A stretch of 64,000 nucleotides of DNA from Deferribacterales bacterium. GTDB taxonomy: Bacteria; Chrysiogenota; Deferribacteres; Deferribacterales; Geovibrionaceae. Position 1 is the stretch's first letter; each line of letters opens with the position of its first letter. Both the position numbers and the translations under genes were made by a program. The stretch spans positions 64,001 through 128,000 of the forward strand of contig JBFWMA010000005.1 of assembly GCA_050251875.1 (NCBI GenBank). The letters are read 5' to 3'. Positions 28,954 through 38,243 of the stretch are shown here, in pieces. The notes below the pieces were generated by a model, which was not told where the DNA came from, made no database searches, and worked only from the letters and a program-made list of their open reading frames with translations.

Positions 28954-30096
28954 ATGAACATTCCTTTTTTCAGCGAGATATGCGCGCTGGTAAAAGAGGG
29001 CGGGTTTGAGGCTTATCTCGTGGGCGGCTGCGTGCGGGATGTTATCCTGAACCGAGACGTCAACGACCTGGATATGATATGTATGTCCCACGACTACCGC
29101 AGTTTTGCCCATTCTGTACGGATACTTCTGCCGTCAGCATGGGTAGAGTTCAAGGATAACGTGCGGCTCGTCTGTCCCAATCTGGAGATAGACGTATCAA
29201 AACCCAGGGGAGAGACCCTTCCGGAAGACCTGGGAAAAAGAGATTTTACCATCAACAGCCTCGCCATGGATTTTGACGGCAAAATTTACGGCGACAGATC
29301 TGATATAGACAACAGGCTCATACGCCATGTGAGCGAAACCACCTTCACAGATGACCCCCTGCGCATGCTCAGGACATTCCGCTTCGTTGCCCAGCTGGGT
29401 TTTCAGGTTTGTCCGGAGACCATAGCCAAGATACACGCCGAAAAGCATCTGATAAAAGAGAGTCCGAAAGAGAGGATACTTCAGGAGCTGTCGAAGCTGT
29501 TCAAAGGTCCTTTCGCCGATACTGCTCTGTCTCTGATGAACGACTGCGGGCTGTATCCGCTGATATTCGAAAACCATGAATACGGATGCCTCAGTCTGGA
29601 ATCATGCAGAACAGGAAAAGGATTCGAATTTTTTCTTTCCGCTCTTATTTATGAGGACAACGACATCAAGCCTCTGCTGAGCTCGCTCAGCCTGTCCAAC
29701 GCCTCATCCAGAAAAGCGGTAAGAACATCCGAAGCCGCCGATAAGCTCTATAATAATTTTAAAAACTTTGATATATTTGAGCTGAGAAAGCTGATATACG
29801 CCTACAGCGATGAGCTGGAGGACGCCTTGGAGCTTTTCAGCGCCGCTGCCAAATGCGACACACTGGAGCTGGCGGATATAGACGCCCATGTGCATAAGGT
29901 CATGCTGGAGACCGGACAGGTGGATTTCGAGACTCCCATGCGCCTGAACGGCGGATTCCTGATGAATCTGGGGATCAAGGCGGGTCGGCTGATGGGCGAG
30001 ATAATTGACGAAGTGCGCCCTCTGCTGGCATCCGGCGAGATACATGGTCTGGAAGAGGCGGAGAAATACATCAAAGACAAATGGGGTAACGGATGA
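28954..30096 (+). CDS. Class II tRNA nucleotidyltransferase, probably CC-adding type
   Basis: VGGCVRD..DLD, RDFTINSLA, DDPLRMLR; very short segment before EDLGKRD. Confidence 0.88.
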   Translation: MNIPFFSEICALVKEGGFEAYLVGGCVRDVILNRDVNDLDMICMSHDYRSFAHSVRILLPSAWVEFKDNVRLVCPNLEIDVSKPRGETLPEDLGKRDFTINSLAMDFDGKIYGDRSDIDNRLIRHVSETTFTDDPLRMLRTFRFVAQLGFQVCPETIAKIHAEKHLIKESPKERILQELSKLFKGPFADTALSLMNDCGLYPLIFENHEYGCLSLESCRTGKGFEFFLSALIYEDNDIKPLLSSLSLSNASSRKAVRTSEAADKLYNNFKNFDIFELRKLIYAYSDELEDALELFSAAAKCDTLELADIDAHVHKVMLETGQVDFETPMRLNGGFLMNLGIKAGRLMGEIIDEVRPLLASGEIHGLEEAEKYIKDKWGNG

Positions 30097-30857
30097 AATT
30101 TTGCAGATTCGCCGATGGCAAGTTTGAGAAAAAAGGGATAATAGACGGAAAACTGATAAGAGAGATCGAAGGCTCTATGTTCGGCGAATATGTCGTGACA
30201 GAAAATACTTACAGTGTCGATGACGCTGTTTTTCTGCCCCCCGTTCTGCCGTCCAAGTTTGTTTGCGTTGCCAGAAACTATGTGGAACACGCAAAGGAGC
30301 TGGGAAACGATGTTCCGGAAGTCCCCATGATATTCATGAAACCCTCCACAGCGGTGAACTCACACGGAGCGGAAGTTATCATTCCGGCGGAGAGCCAGCA
30401 GGTGGATTATGAAGGCGAGCTCGCCGTGGTGATAGGCAAAAAATGCAGAAAAGTGAAGCGTGAGGACGCTGAGAGCGTAATTTTCGGCTATACCTGCATA
30501 AATGACTATACAGCAAGGGATTTGCAGAAAATAGACACGAAATTTACCCGGGCAAAAGGGTTCGATTCGTTCGCTCCCATCGGTCCGTGCATAGAGACTG
30601 ACTTCGACTGGAAAACAGCCAGAGTGAAAACATTCGTCAACGGAGAGAAGAGGCAGGACGGCACAGCCGACCTGATGATGTTTGATGTGCCTTCTCTGAT
30701 AGAGTTCATGAGCGGGATAATGACACTGCTCCCCGGCGATGTGATAGCCACGGGAACACCAGCCGGAGTGGGCAGGGTGGAGGTAGGCGACACTGTGGAC
30801 GTGGAGATAGACGGCATCGGACGCCTGAGCAACACAATAGTAAAAGATGAGCTGTAA
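30093..30857 (+). CDS. Fumarylacetoacetate hydrolase family protein
   Basis: RNYVEH, FMKP, DYEGELAVVIG, NDYTARD, TLLPGDVIATGTP. Confidence 0.95.
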   Translation: MKFCRFADGKFEKKGIIDGKLIREIEGSMFGEYVVTENTYSVDDAVFLPPVLPSKFVCVARNYVEHAKELGNDVPEVPMIFMKPSTAVNSHGAEVIIPAESQQVDYEGELAVVIGKKCRKVKREDAESVIFGYTCINDYTARDLQKIDTKFTRAKGFDSFAPIGPCIETDFDWKTARVKTFVNGEKRQDGTADLMMFDVPSLIEFMSGIMTLLPGDVIATGTPAGVGRVEVGDTVDVEIDGIGRLSNTIVKDEL

Positions 30858-31086
30858 GATAGACTGCCTGATGTGCGGCACATGCTGCACGGCGTTCGAT
30901 ATAAAAGAGATAGACAAAAAAGCTGGGGAGCGGTGCAAATATCTTTCGCCGGACAACCTCTGCACCATCTATGATACAAGACCATGGGGATGTAAGGGAT
31001 ACAGACCCGATGAGCTGTGTGTGCTCGTCAGCACGCTGAAAGACGAGGACAAGATAAAGGTCTACCGAAATATTTACGGTGTTTAA
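30847..31086 (+). CDS. YkgJ-family cysteine cluster protein
   Basis: CLMCGTCC...C..L..DNLCTIYDTRPWGC. Confidence 0.88.
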   Translation: MSCKIDCLMCGTCCTAFDIKEIDKKAGERCKYLSPDNLCTIYDTRPWGCKGYRPDELCVLVSTLKDEDKIKVYRNIYGV

Positions 31087-31091
31087 AAGAA

Positions 31092-31124
31092 ATCCCTCCT
31101 GACCTCCCTTTGGTAAAGGGAGGA
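31092..31124. repeat. Short palindromic intergenic element
   Basis: ATCCCTCCTGA followed by CCTCCCTTT-GGT-AAAGGGAGG hairpin without a U tail. Confidence 0.55.
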
Positions 31125-31141
31125 ATGGTTACAGGTGATAA

Positions 31142-31774
31142 ATGTATTTAGGACTCACTGGAAACATTGCCAGCGGCAAGAGTACCGCCGCCATGTTCTT
31201 TGAAAAGCACGGGTGCTACTGCATAGACGCGGATGAGATAAGCCGCATAGTGATGAGCCCGGGTGAAGAGGCGTATGAAGGCGTTGTGCGTGAGTTCGGA
31301 AGAGGCGTTGTCCGTGACGATGACGGCACTCTGGACAGAAAAAAAATTAGGGATATAGTCTTCAGCGATCCGGTGAAGCGCAAAGTGCTGGAGCTGATAG
31401 TGCACCCCGCCATTCTGGAATATGAGCAGAAGGCAGTGGGCAGGATAAAAGGCAAGGACGATAAGGCGCTGATCATCACTCAGGCGGCGCTCACTGTGGA
31501 GTCCGGCAGCTATAAACGTTTTGACGCTGTGATTGTGGTGTATACAGACCCCAAAATACAGCTGGAAAGGGTGATGAAGCGGGATTCCATCAGCATGGAA
31601 GAAGCCAGAAAGATCATCGCCGCTCAGATGCCTATAGACGAAAAAATCAAATACGCACAGTTTATAATAAATAATTCAACCGACATGGACGGTCTGGAGA
31701 GAGAAGTCAGGCGTGTTCATGAACTTATTCGCATGGTCATGAAATGTTCAAAACAGGGAGGAAAGGATGCATGA
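31142..31774 (+). CDS. coaE: Dephospho-CoA kinase
   Basis: GLTGNIASGKST, IDAD, IVHP, AQMP. Confidence 0.95.
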   Translation: MYLGLTGNIASGKSTAAMFFEKHGCYCIDADEISRIVMSPGEEAYEGVVREFGRGVVRDDDGTLDRKKIRDIVFSDPVKRKVLELIVHPAILEYEQKAVGRIKGKDDKALIITQAALTVESGSYKRFDAVIVVYTDPKIQLERVMKRDSISMEEARKIIAAQMPIDEKIKYAQFIINNSTDMDGLEREVRRVHELIRMVMKCSKQGGKDA

Positions 31775-32111
31775 GCTCGGTATAGCGTCCAGCCTGATCG
31801 AGATAGTCATAGAGACTGCCGAGGCGAACGAAGCCAAGATAGTCCACACCGTGACTGCAAAGATCGGAAAACTGGCGGGGGTTGACTCAAACGCCCTTTA
31901 TTTCGCATATGACGCTGTGAAAGAGGAATACCCTCTTCTGAAAGATTCTAAACTAATCATCGAAATAGTCCCCATAACGGGGCAGTGCGAGGACTGCGGA
32001 AAGACGGACACCTATGACGAGATGTTTTTCGCCTGTTCGTCCTGCGGGTCTTTCTCTGTGAAACTGCTCACAGGGGAAGAGCTTACTATTTCCGATATCG
32101 AGGTGGACTGA
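31767..32111 (+). CDS. hypA: Hydrogenase nickel chaperone HypA
   Basis: MHE N terminus; two CxxC motifs; GEEL. Confidence 0.96.
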   Translation: MHELGIASSLIEIVIETAEANEAKIVHTVTAKIGKLAGVDSNALYFAYDAVKEEYPLLKDSKLIIEIVPITGQCEDCGKTDTYDEMFFACSSCGSFSVKLLTGEELTISDIEVD

Positions 32112-32764
32112 TGGCTAAGGTAAATATAGAGAAAAAAATTCTGACTAAAAACGAGATGAAGGCGGCGGAGGTGCGTGAGCGTCTGAAAGATGTAGCCGTG
32201 CTGAACTTCGTGTCTTCTCCCGGCAGCGGAAAGACCACCCTGCTGGAAAACGTTCTGGCTCAGCTCAAAGAAAAATATAAGATAGCCGTGGTGGAGGGCG
32301 ACCAGCAGACCACACATGACGCCGACAGGATAAAAGCGGCTGGCGTGGAGGCTTTTCAGGTGAACACGGGCAACGCCTGTCATCTGGAGGCTGTGGATGT
32401 GGAGAGGGCGCTCGGCACTCTGGGCTATGATCTCGATCTGCTGGTGATAGAGAACGTGGGAAACCTTGTGTGTCCCGCCGAATATGATCTGGGTGAGGAT
32501 GCCAAGGTCATGCTGATCTCCGTTACCGAGGGCGATGATAAACCGATAAAATATCCTGTGATGACAAGAGCATGTGAGGCTATGATAGTGAATAAAACGG
32601 ATCTTCTGCCTTATGTCGATTTCGATGTGGAAGGCTGTATTAAATATGCCAAAGGCATTAACCCCGATCTGGAGATCATGACAGTTTCATGCCGGGCGAA
32701 AGAGGGGCTGGAATCCGTTACGGCTTACATAGAGAAGAAGATTCTGGAGAAAAAGGGAAAATAA
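32111..32764 (+). CDS. hypB: Hydrogenase nickel GTPase HypB
   Basis: SSPGSGKTTL, ACHL, ENVGNLVCPA, EGDDKP.KYP, NKTD. Confidence 0.97.
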   Translation: MAKVNIEKKILTKNEMKAAEVRERLKDVAVLNFVSSPGSGKTTLLENVLAQLKEKYKIAVVEGDQQTTHDADRIKAAGVEAFQVNTGNACHLEAVDVERALGTLGYDLDLLVIENVGNLVCPAEYDLGEDAKVMLISVTEGDDKPIKYPVMTRACEAMIVNKTDLLPYVDFDVEGCIKYAKGINPDLEIMTVSCRAKEGLESVTAYIEKKILEKKGK

Positions 32765-33315
32765 TGCTGACAGTAGGGATAGACGAGGTGGGCAGAGGAT
32801 GTCTGGCGGGACCTGTGGTGGCGTGCGCCGTGATTCTGCCGGAGGATTTTTCTGACGCCAGACTTGTCGATTCTAAAAAAATATCCGAAAAACAGCGGAA
32901 GATAATGGACAGGGTGGTGCGTGACAACGCTCTCGCCATCGGCATCGGAATAGTGGATAACGGCGACATAGACAGGATAAACATCCTGAACGCCACAAAA
33001 ACCGCCATGATGCAGGCTCTGTCGCAGATAGAGATAGAATATCACAAGGTGATAGTGGACGCTGTGGATCTGAAAGACGTGAAAGTGCCTCTGGAGCATC
33101 CTTTTAAAGCGGAGGACAAGTTTCAGTGCGTGGCGGCGGCGTCTATCGTGGCGAAGGTTTTTCGTGACGCTCTCATGACGAAGATGCACATCGACCATCC
33201 TCAGTACGACTGGTACAGCAACAAAGGTTACGGCACAAAAAAACATACCGATGCCATAAAACAATTCGGTCTGACGCCTCTGCACAGGGTCAGCTTCTGC
33301 GGAAATTTCATTTGA
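32764..33315 (+). CDS. rnhB: Ribonuclease HII
   Basis: GIDEVGRGCLAGPV, DSKK, AAASIVAKV.RD, NKGYGT. Confidence 0.97.
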   Translation: MLTVGIDEVGRGCLAGPVVACAVILPEDFSDARLVDSKKISEKQRKIMDRVVRDNALAIGIGIVDNGDIDRINILNATKTAMMQALSQIEIEYHKVIVDAVDLKDVKVPLEHPFKAEDKFQCVAAASIVAKVFRDALMTKMHIDHPQYDWYSNKGYGTKKHTDAIKQFGLTPLHRVSFCGNFI

Positions 33316-33647
33316 TTCCGGGGATCGGGCAGAAAGGCGAGAAGAAAGCCGAAAAATATCTGATTCAGAACGGATATAAAATTCTGGAAAAAAATTTCCG
33401 GAGCAGGTTCGGAGAGATAGACATCATCGCTTTCAAGGACGGATGCACGGTTTTCGTGGAAGTGAAGACCAGGAAAAACTCCGCTTACGGCAAGGGTTTT
33501 GAGGCGGTGGATGCCAGAAAACAGCAGAAGCTGATAATGACCGCTCAGGCTTTTTTTCAGGGGCGGGAAGAGACAGCCGCCCGGTTCGATGTTATATCCA
33601 TTGATAACGATTCCGTGACGCATATACAAAATGCCTTCGGTATGTAA
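33312..33647 (+). CDS. YraN family (UPF0102) putative endonuclease
   Basis: GEIDII...VFVEVKTR...RFDVI. Confidence 0.93.
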   Translation: MIPGIGQKGEKKAEKYLIQNGYKILEKNFRSRFGEIDIIAFKDGCTVFVEVKTRKNSAYGKGFEAVDARKQQKLIMTAQAFFQGREETAARFDVISIDNDSVTHIQNAFGM

Positions 33648-33709
33648 AATGATGTTGTAATATTACTTTGTAATGCTATAATTTCCATCCGTTCATCAAC
33701 ATTGGAGAA

Positions 33710-34441
33710 TTGAATATGTACACACTCATTATTTCTGTCGCTATATCTACTCTGCTCTCTATAGGGCTTTACTTTATAACATATCACTGGTTCTGGCCTC
33801 TGTTTCTTATGGTGGTCGGTATTCTCGGTCTGAACTTTCTGGTGGGCAGAAAATTTCTGGCTAAACTCACCGCCCTTTTTAAATCCGTGGAAAAAGATCT
33901 TGGCGCCGGACGCACTGACAAAGCTATAGAAAAGCTGAAAGAGGGATATCCCTATGCCAAGTGGCAGTTTTTTGTTAAGGAGCAGATCGATGCTCAGATC
34001 GGTATCATCCTTTATACCAATCAGAAATTCGAAGAAGCCGCTCCCTATCTGATGAACGGATTCAACAAAAACTGGATGTCTATGGCTATGCTCGCCGCTC
34101 TGCATTTTAAAAACAACGATGCGGCCTCCTGCTACAAAATAATGGACAAAGCGATCAAAGGCTCTCCGAAACAGGGCTTTTTATACAGTCTGTACGCTTA
34201 CTTCCTGATGGAAAAAGGCGACACGGACAAAGCAGTGGTTATCCTTTCTAAAGGCGCCGACAAGAACCCTATGGATGATAAACTCCAGTCAGCTATGGAA
34301 TCCGTGAAAAACGGCAAAAAGCTGAAAATGCAGAACTACGGCAACCTCTGGCTTCAGATGCATCTGGGGGCAAAACTTCCTCAGGGCGGCAGACCCTATC
34401 AGCAGTTTCTGATGAATCAGAGAATGGGTAAAAGAAGGTAA
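33710..34441 (+). CDS. Membrane-anchored TPR-like hypothetical protein
   Basis: Two N-terminal hydrophobic helices then helical repeats; GGAG RBS before TTG start. Confidence 0.7.
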   Translation: MNMYTLIISVAISTLLSIGLYFITYHWFWPLFLMVVGILGLNFLVGRKFLAKLTALFKSVEKDLGAGRTDKAIEKLKEGYPYAKWQFFVKEQIDAQIGIILYTNQKFEEAAPYLMNGFNKNWMSMAMLAALHFKNNDAASCYKIMDKAIKGSPKQGFLYSLYAYFLMEKGDTDKAVVILSKGADKNPMDDKLQSAMESVKNGKKLKMQNYGNLWLQMHLGAKLPQGGRPYQQFLMNQRMGKRR

Positions 34442-34443
34442 GT

Positions 34444-35217
34444 TTGAAGGATATTCAAAACCAGAGGGATACCAGAAACCTCGATGTGGACAAAGTCGGC
34501 ATCAAGGACATCCGCTATCCTGTCGTGCTTTCCGACCGTAACAAGGGCAAGCAGTCCACTGTCGCCCGTATCAATATGTATGTGCGTCTTCCTCATAATT
34601 TTAAGGGAACGCACATGTCCCGTTTTGTCGAGATACTCAGCAAACATTCTGAAGATATTAACCTGTATTCCGTTGGAAATATCCTGGATGAGATGAAGGA
34701 GAAACTGGACAGCGAAGAGGCTTTCATAGAGCTGTCATTCAACTATTTTCTCAAGAAAAAAGCGCCTATATCCTGTCAGGAAGCCATGATGGATTACTAC
34801 TGCACCTATGTGGGTTCTGCCGGGACTGACTGGAAAGACTCCGTTCTCTCTGTCCGTGTGCCCGTGCTGACACTGTGTCCGTGTTCTAAGGAGATCAGTG
34901 TTCAGGGAGCGCACAATCAGAGAAGCTATGTAACCATATCCGTCCGCATGAAAAAACTGATGTGGATAGAAGAGCTGATAGAGATAGCCGAAAAATCGGC
35001 GTCATCCCCCGTATATCCTCTGCTGAAGCGTGAGGATGAGAAATACGTCACCGAAAATTCATATGAAAACCCCGTCTTTGTAGAGGATGTGGTGCGCAAC
35101 GCCGCCACCATGCTGATGGCAGAAGACCGCATTGTGTGGTTTGAGGTATCCAGCGAAAACATGGAAAGCATCCATAACCACTCCGCCTATGCCGTAATCA
35201 CCAGAGACAAGAGATAG
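34444..35217 (+). CDS. folE2: GTP cyclohydrolase FolE2
   Basis: KGTHMSRF, LCPCSKEIS..GAHNQRS, FVEDVVR, ESIHNHSAYA. Confidence 0.97.
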   Translation: MKDIQNQRDTRNLDVDKVGIKDIRYPVVLSDRNKGKQSTVARINMYVRLPHNFKGTHMSRFVEILSKHSEDINLYSVGNILDEMKEKLDSEEAFIELSFNYFLKKKAPISCQEAMMDYYCTYVGSAGTDWKDSVLSVRVPVLTLCPCSKEISVQGAHNQRSYVTISVRMKKLMWIEELIEIAEKSASSPVYPLLKREDEKYVTENSYENPVFVEDVVRNAATMLMAEDRIVWFEVSSENMESIHNHSAYAVITRDKR

Positions 35218-35235
35218 TTATCATCGCATAATCAT

Positions 35236-35266
35236 AAAAAAAGCGGAGCTCAGGCTCCGCTTTTTT
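35236..35266. terminator. Bidirectional terminator
   Basis: A7-GCGGAGC-TCAG-GCTCCGC-T6. Confidence 0.9.
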
Positions 35267-35289
35267 ATTATGTAATATTGGAAGTTTTA

Positions 35290-38067
35290 TTAGAACTTCA
35301 GTCCGGCAGTCAGCTTAAGGCTGTAGCTGTCGTAGTCTGAGTTGGTGATATACTGTCCATAGACTCCTGTGCTCCAGAAGCTGCCGGAAAGCTCAGTTCC
35401 GAGGCTCAGTGTGTGAGAGATATTATCCACGTCCTGATCTATCTCCATTGTGCCTGTTTCCATCTGGGGGATAGACTGTCCGATGGTGATATCGTTGTCG
35501 CCTATTGTGTGCTCAAATCTGTACTCGCCGAAGAATTTCAGTTTTCCAGCCGCCACGCCTTTCACATATTCTGCTGATACACCGGCGATCAGACCTGTGT
35601 CCCAGTCGGAGTATGCTTCATAGTCTTTTGACAGATAGCTGTATGCGCTGTCGGCGATGGTTGTGGAGTAGTTGCCCATGTTGTAATAGCTGAGAGACAT
35701 CCCGCCGAAGGGAGTCACTTTGCCTGATCCGGCGAAATGGAAGCTGTATCCGCCGAGGAGCTCTGTCTGGAATCCTTTTGAGTCATAGTCGGCTGTCTCT
35801 ATCTGGTCGTTGTTTCCGCCTGCGTATCCTGAATAGTCGTTATCTGTCAGGAAAGCGATGAGAGACGCGCTGATGTAAAGGTCGTTAAGTGTTTTGGCTG
35901 AGAGACCGGCGAAGAAAGACTCTGAGTCTGTTTTGTCCATGGAAACTTCGTCATAGTCTATGCCAGTGGTCATTGTGCCCATGTAGAATGATCCGGAGAT
36001 GCCTGATTTGAAATCATGAGACAGTCCCACGCCCACGCCGAATGTGTTGGTGTCATATCCGTCTCCGTTCATTTTTGTCATGAAGGGGAAGGCGAAGATG
36101 GATGTTGTTTTCTTTTTCGGGGCGTATGAGAGTCCGGCGTCTGTGGCTATCTCGCCTGAGTCCGCCAGCAGCATGCCTTCTGAGCTCAGATATGAGAATC
36201 CGCCGAAACCGCCGATTCCGCCTCCGAGCATGGAGCCGTTAAATATTTTTCCAACGGTTTTCGCTGATGATATGGCGCTGAGTGTTCCCATTGCGGCAGG
36301 TGACTGCGAGGGGTTATAGCTTACTGTTACTTTTGCGTTTTCGCCTGTTTCTGAACCATACCAGTTGAGAGTGAAGTCAGGGTTGGAGAACTGGCTCAGA
36401 CCTGAGAAACTGCCTGTCACAGCACCATCGTTTGATATAACTGTGTAGGGAGTGTTGAACTTAAGATATTTGTTCATTGTGGCGCCCAGTACGGCGTTGT
36501 TCAGGTTCAGGCTGGATGATGAGTCCACATAGATTGTTCCGGTAGTTTCGCATCCGCTGCATGAACCGAGTGCCACGGAGAATGCGTTTTTAAGAACTGC
36601 TGTGGAGTCAACCATTCTCAGAGTATATGTGTCTGTGCCGTATGTTTCTGTTGAGAGAAAAATATCGCCTGTGCTGGTTAATTCGGCAGAGCCGACATTG
36701 TTGAGCGAGATAGCCGAAATCATGTTGTATGAAGAAGGGGCATCTTTTGAGACGGGCATGGCTGCCGCTTCTGATCCGCCTTTTACATCCACGGATATGT
36801 TGCCGGTGTTGTTCAGAACAGCGGTGGAAACGTCTGCTAACAATACCGCCTGAACGTTACGGATGCCTGTGTTTTTGTTGGCGTTGATCGCTACATTGAT
36901 GTTTCCTGAGTTGCTCAGAGACATGGAACCGCCGTCAGCCATCTTGACTGCCGAAATATTGGTTATTGTGTTGAAAGACGAGATCATGCCTCTTGCCGCG
37001 CGCAGGTCTTCATCGTCACCCAGGGTTATATCAACGTTGATATTTCCGGAGTTGCTGATGGAGGATGTAGTGGCATTATAAGAGTCAATGCCGTACACGT
37101 CATACAAATAAGCGTCCTGATCTGTGTCTACCGCTACATTGATGTTGCCGGAGTTGGTGATTGTCTGGGCACTGTTGAGATTGCTATAAATACCGTACAG
37201 AAACGCGTATCTGGCGGGGTAATTAGCAACATGAAAGTTATTAACATAATTGCCGCCCTGGTCGGAAAAATACAGGGAAATATTTCCGGAGTTGGATATG
37301 GAATCAGCTGATCCGTAGATACCGCCCAGTCCGCGGACATAAATGCTCTCTGCGGATATGCCGGAGAATACAGTGTTCACAGCGATGTTGCCTGTGTTTG
37401 TCACGCTGATCAGATCACTGTTGTCAAAAGCGATGCCGAATGCTGAGTTGAAGGTTACTAAGGAGTCAAAATCACTGCCTGCCACAATGTTGTTCACAAT
37501 GATGCTGCCGCTGTTCAGAAGGGTTCCGGTAGTGGCGCCGTCTGCGAATATACCTATGTTGCCAATGATGTAGTTATCTCCGCCGCCTGTGGATGTGATA
37601 TTGGAGAAGCGGCTGCTTGAATCGATGGTGCCGCTGTTCACGATACTTTCAAGAGAAGGTCCATTTATAAAATAAGCACCAGCGTATGGGAAAGTAATGT
37701 CACTGCTGCTGTCGAGCGCTACATCATTGATAGTGAGATCGATATCAATAGTGCCGGAGTTAAGAATCTGTGTTCCGGAAGTGACCGCTCCCACAATAAC
37801 ACTGGGGGCACTGCCTGTGAAAGGGCTGTCGATTTCTGAAAGCAGTCTGACAGTTCCTGAGTTTGTAAAATAAGAGACGTTATCCGCCCATATACCGAAT
37901 AAATTGTGAAGTGTGGCATCGGTATCATGGTAGGAAAGGGTGCCTGTGTTATTATAGGTGGATACACCTGACGGTACAGTATACACTATGTATTCAGGTG
38001 TGCTTGGTGCCGCATAGGCACTGAGGGACGCCAGAATCATTAGTCCCGATAAAAACAATTTTCGCAT
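35290..38067 (-). CDS. Autotransporter-like outer-membrane protein (repetitive passenger plus C-terminal barrel), paralog 1
   Basis: Signal peptide; repeated N(S/T)GxIxI motifs; amphipathic beta C terminus ending LTAGLKF. Confidence 0.82.
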   Translation of the reverse strand: MRKLFLSGLMILASLSAYAAPSTPEYIVYTVPSGVSTYNNTGTLSYHDTDATLHNLFGIWADNVSYFTNSGTVRLLSEIDSPFTGSAPSVIVGAVTSGTQILNSGTIDIDLTINDVALDSSSDITFPYAGAYFINGPSLESIVNSGTIDSSSRFSNITSTGGGDNYIIGNIGIFADGATTGTLLNSGSIIVNNIVAGSDFDSLVTFNSAFGIAFDNSDLISVTNTGNIAVNTVFSGISAESIYVRGLGGIYGSADSISNSGNISLYFSDQGGNYVNNFHVANYPARYAFLYGIYSNLNSAQTITNSGNINVAVDTDQDAYLYDVYGIDSYNATTSSISNSGNINVDITLGDDEDLRAARGMISSFNTITNISAVKMADGGSMSLSNSGNINVAINANKNTGIRNVQAVLLADVSTAVLNNTGNISVDVKGGSEAAAMPVSKDAPSSYNMISAISLNNVGSAELTSTGDIFLSTETYGTDTYTLRMVDSTAVLKNAFSVALGSCSGCETTGTIYVDSSSSLNLNNAVLGATMNKYLKFNTPYTVISNDGAVTGSFSGLSQFSNPDFTLNWYGSETGENAKVTVSYNPSQSPAAMGTLSAISSAKTVGKIFNGSMLGGGIGGFGGFSYLSSEGMLLADSGEIATDAGLSYAPKKKTTSIFAFPFMTKMNGDGYDTNTFGVGVGLSHDFKSGISGSFYMGTMTTGIDYDEVSMDKTDSESFFAGLSAKTLNDLYISASLIAFLTDNDYSGYAGGNNDQIETADYDSKGFQTELLGGYSFHFAGSGKVTPFGGMSLSYYNMGNYSTTIADSAYSYLSKDYEAYSDWDTGLIAGVSAEYVKGVAAGKLKFFGEYRFEHTIGDNDITIGQSIPQMETGTMEIDQDVDNISHTLSLGTELSGSFWSTGVYGQYITNSDYDSYSLKLTAGLKF

Positions 38068-38195
38068 TTAATCCTCCGAACAATAATAGAGTCAATCAAT
38101 TATAAAGCTAATTATATAATTTACAATGCAAACTGATGGAGAATTGATATTATTTTTATGATGATTATTAGATGATAACAGATGTCTGAAATAAG

Positions 38196-38220
38196 AAGGC
38201 GGAGCCGAAGCCCCGCCTTT
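38196..38220 (-). terminator. Terminator-like hairpin between the paralogs
   Basis: Minus strand AAGGCGGGGC-TTCG-GCTCCGCCTT followed by CTTATTT. Confidence 0.75.
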
Positions 38221-38243
38221 ATCTGACAAGGAAAGTGATATCT

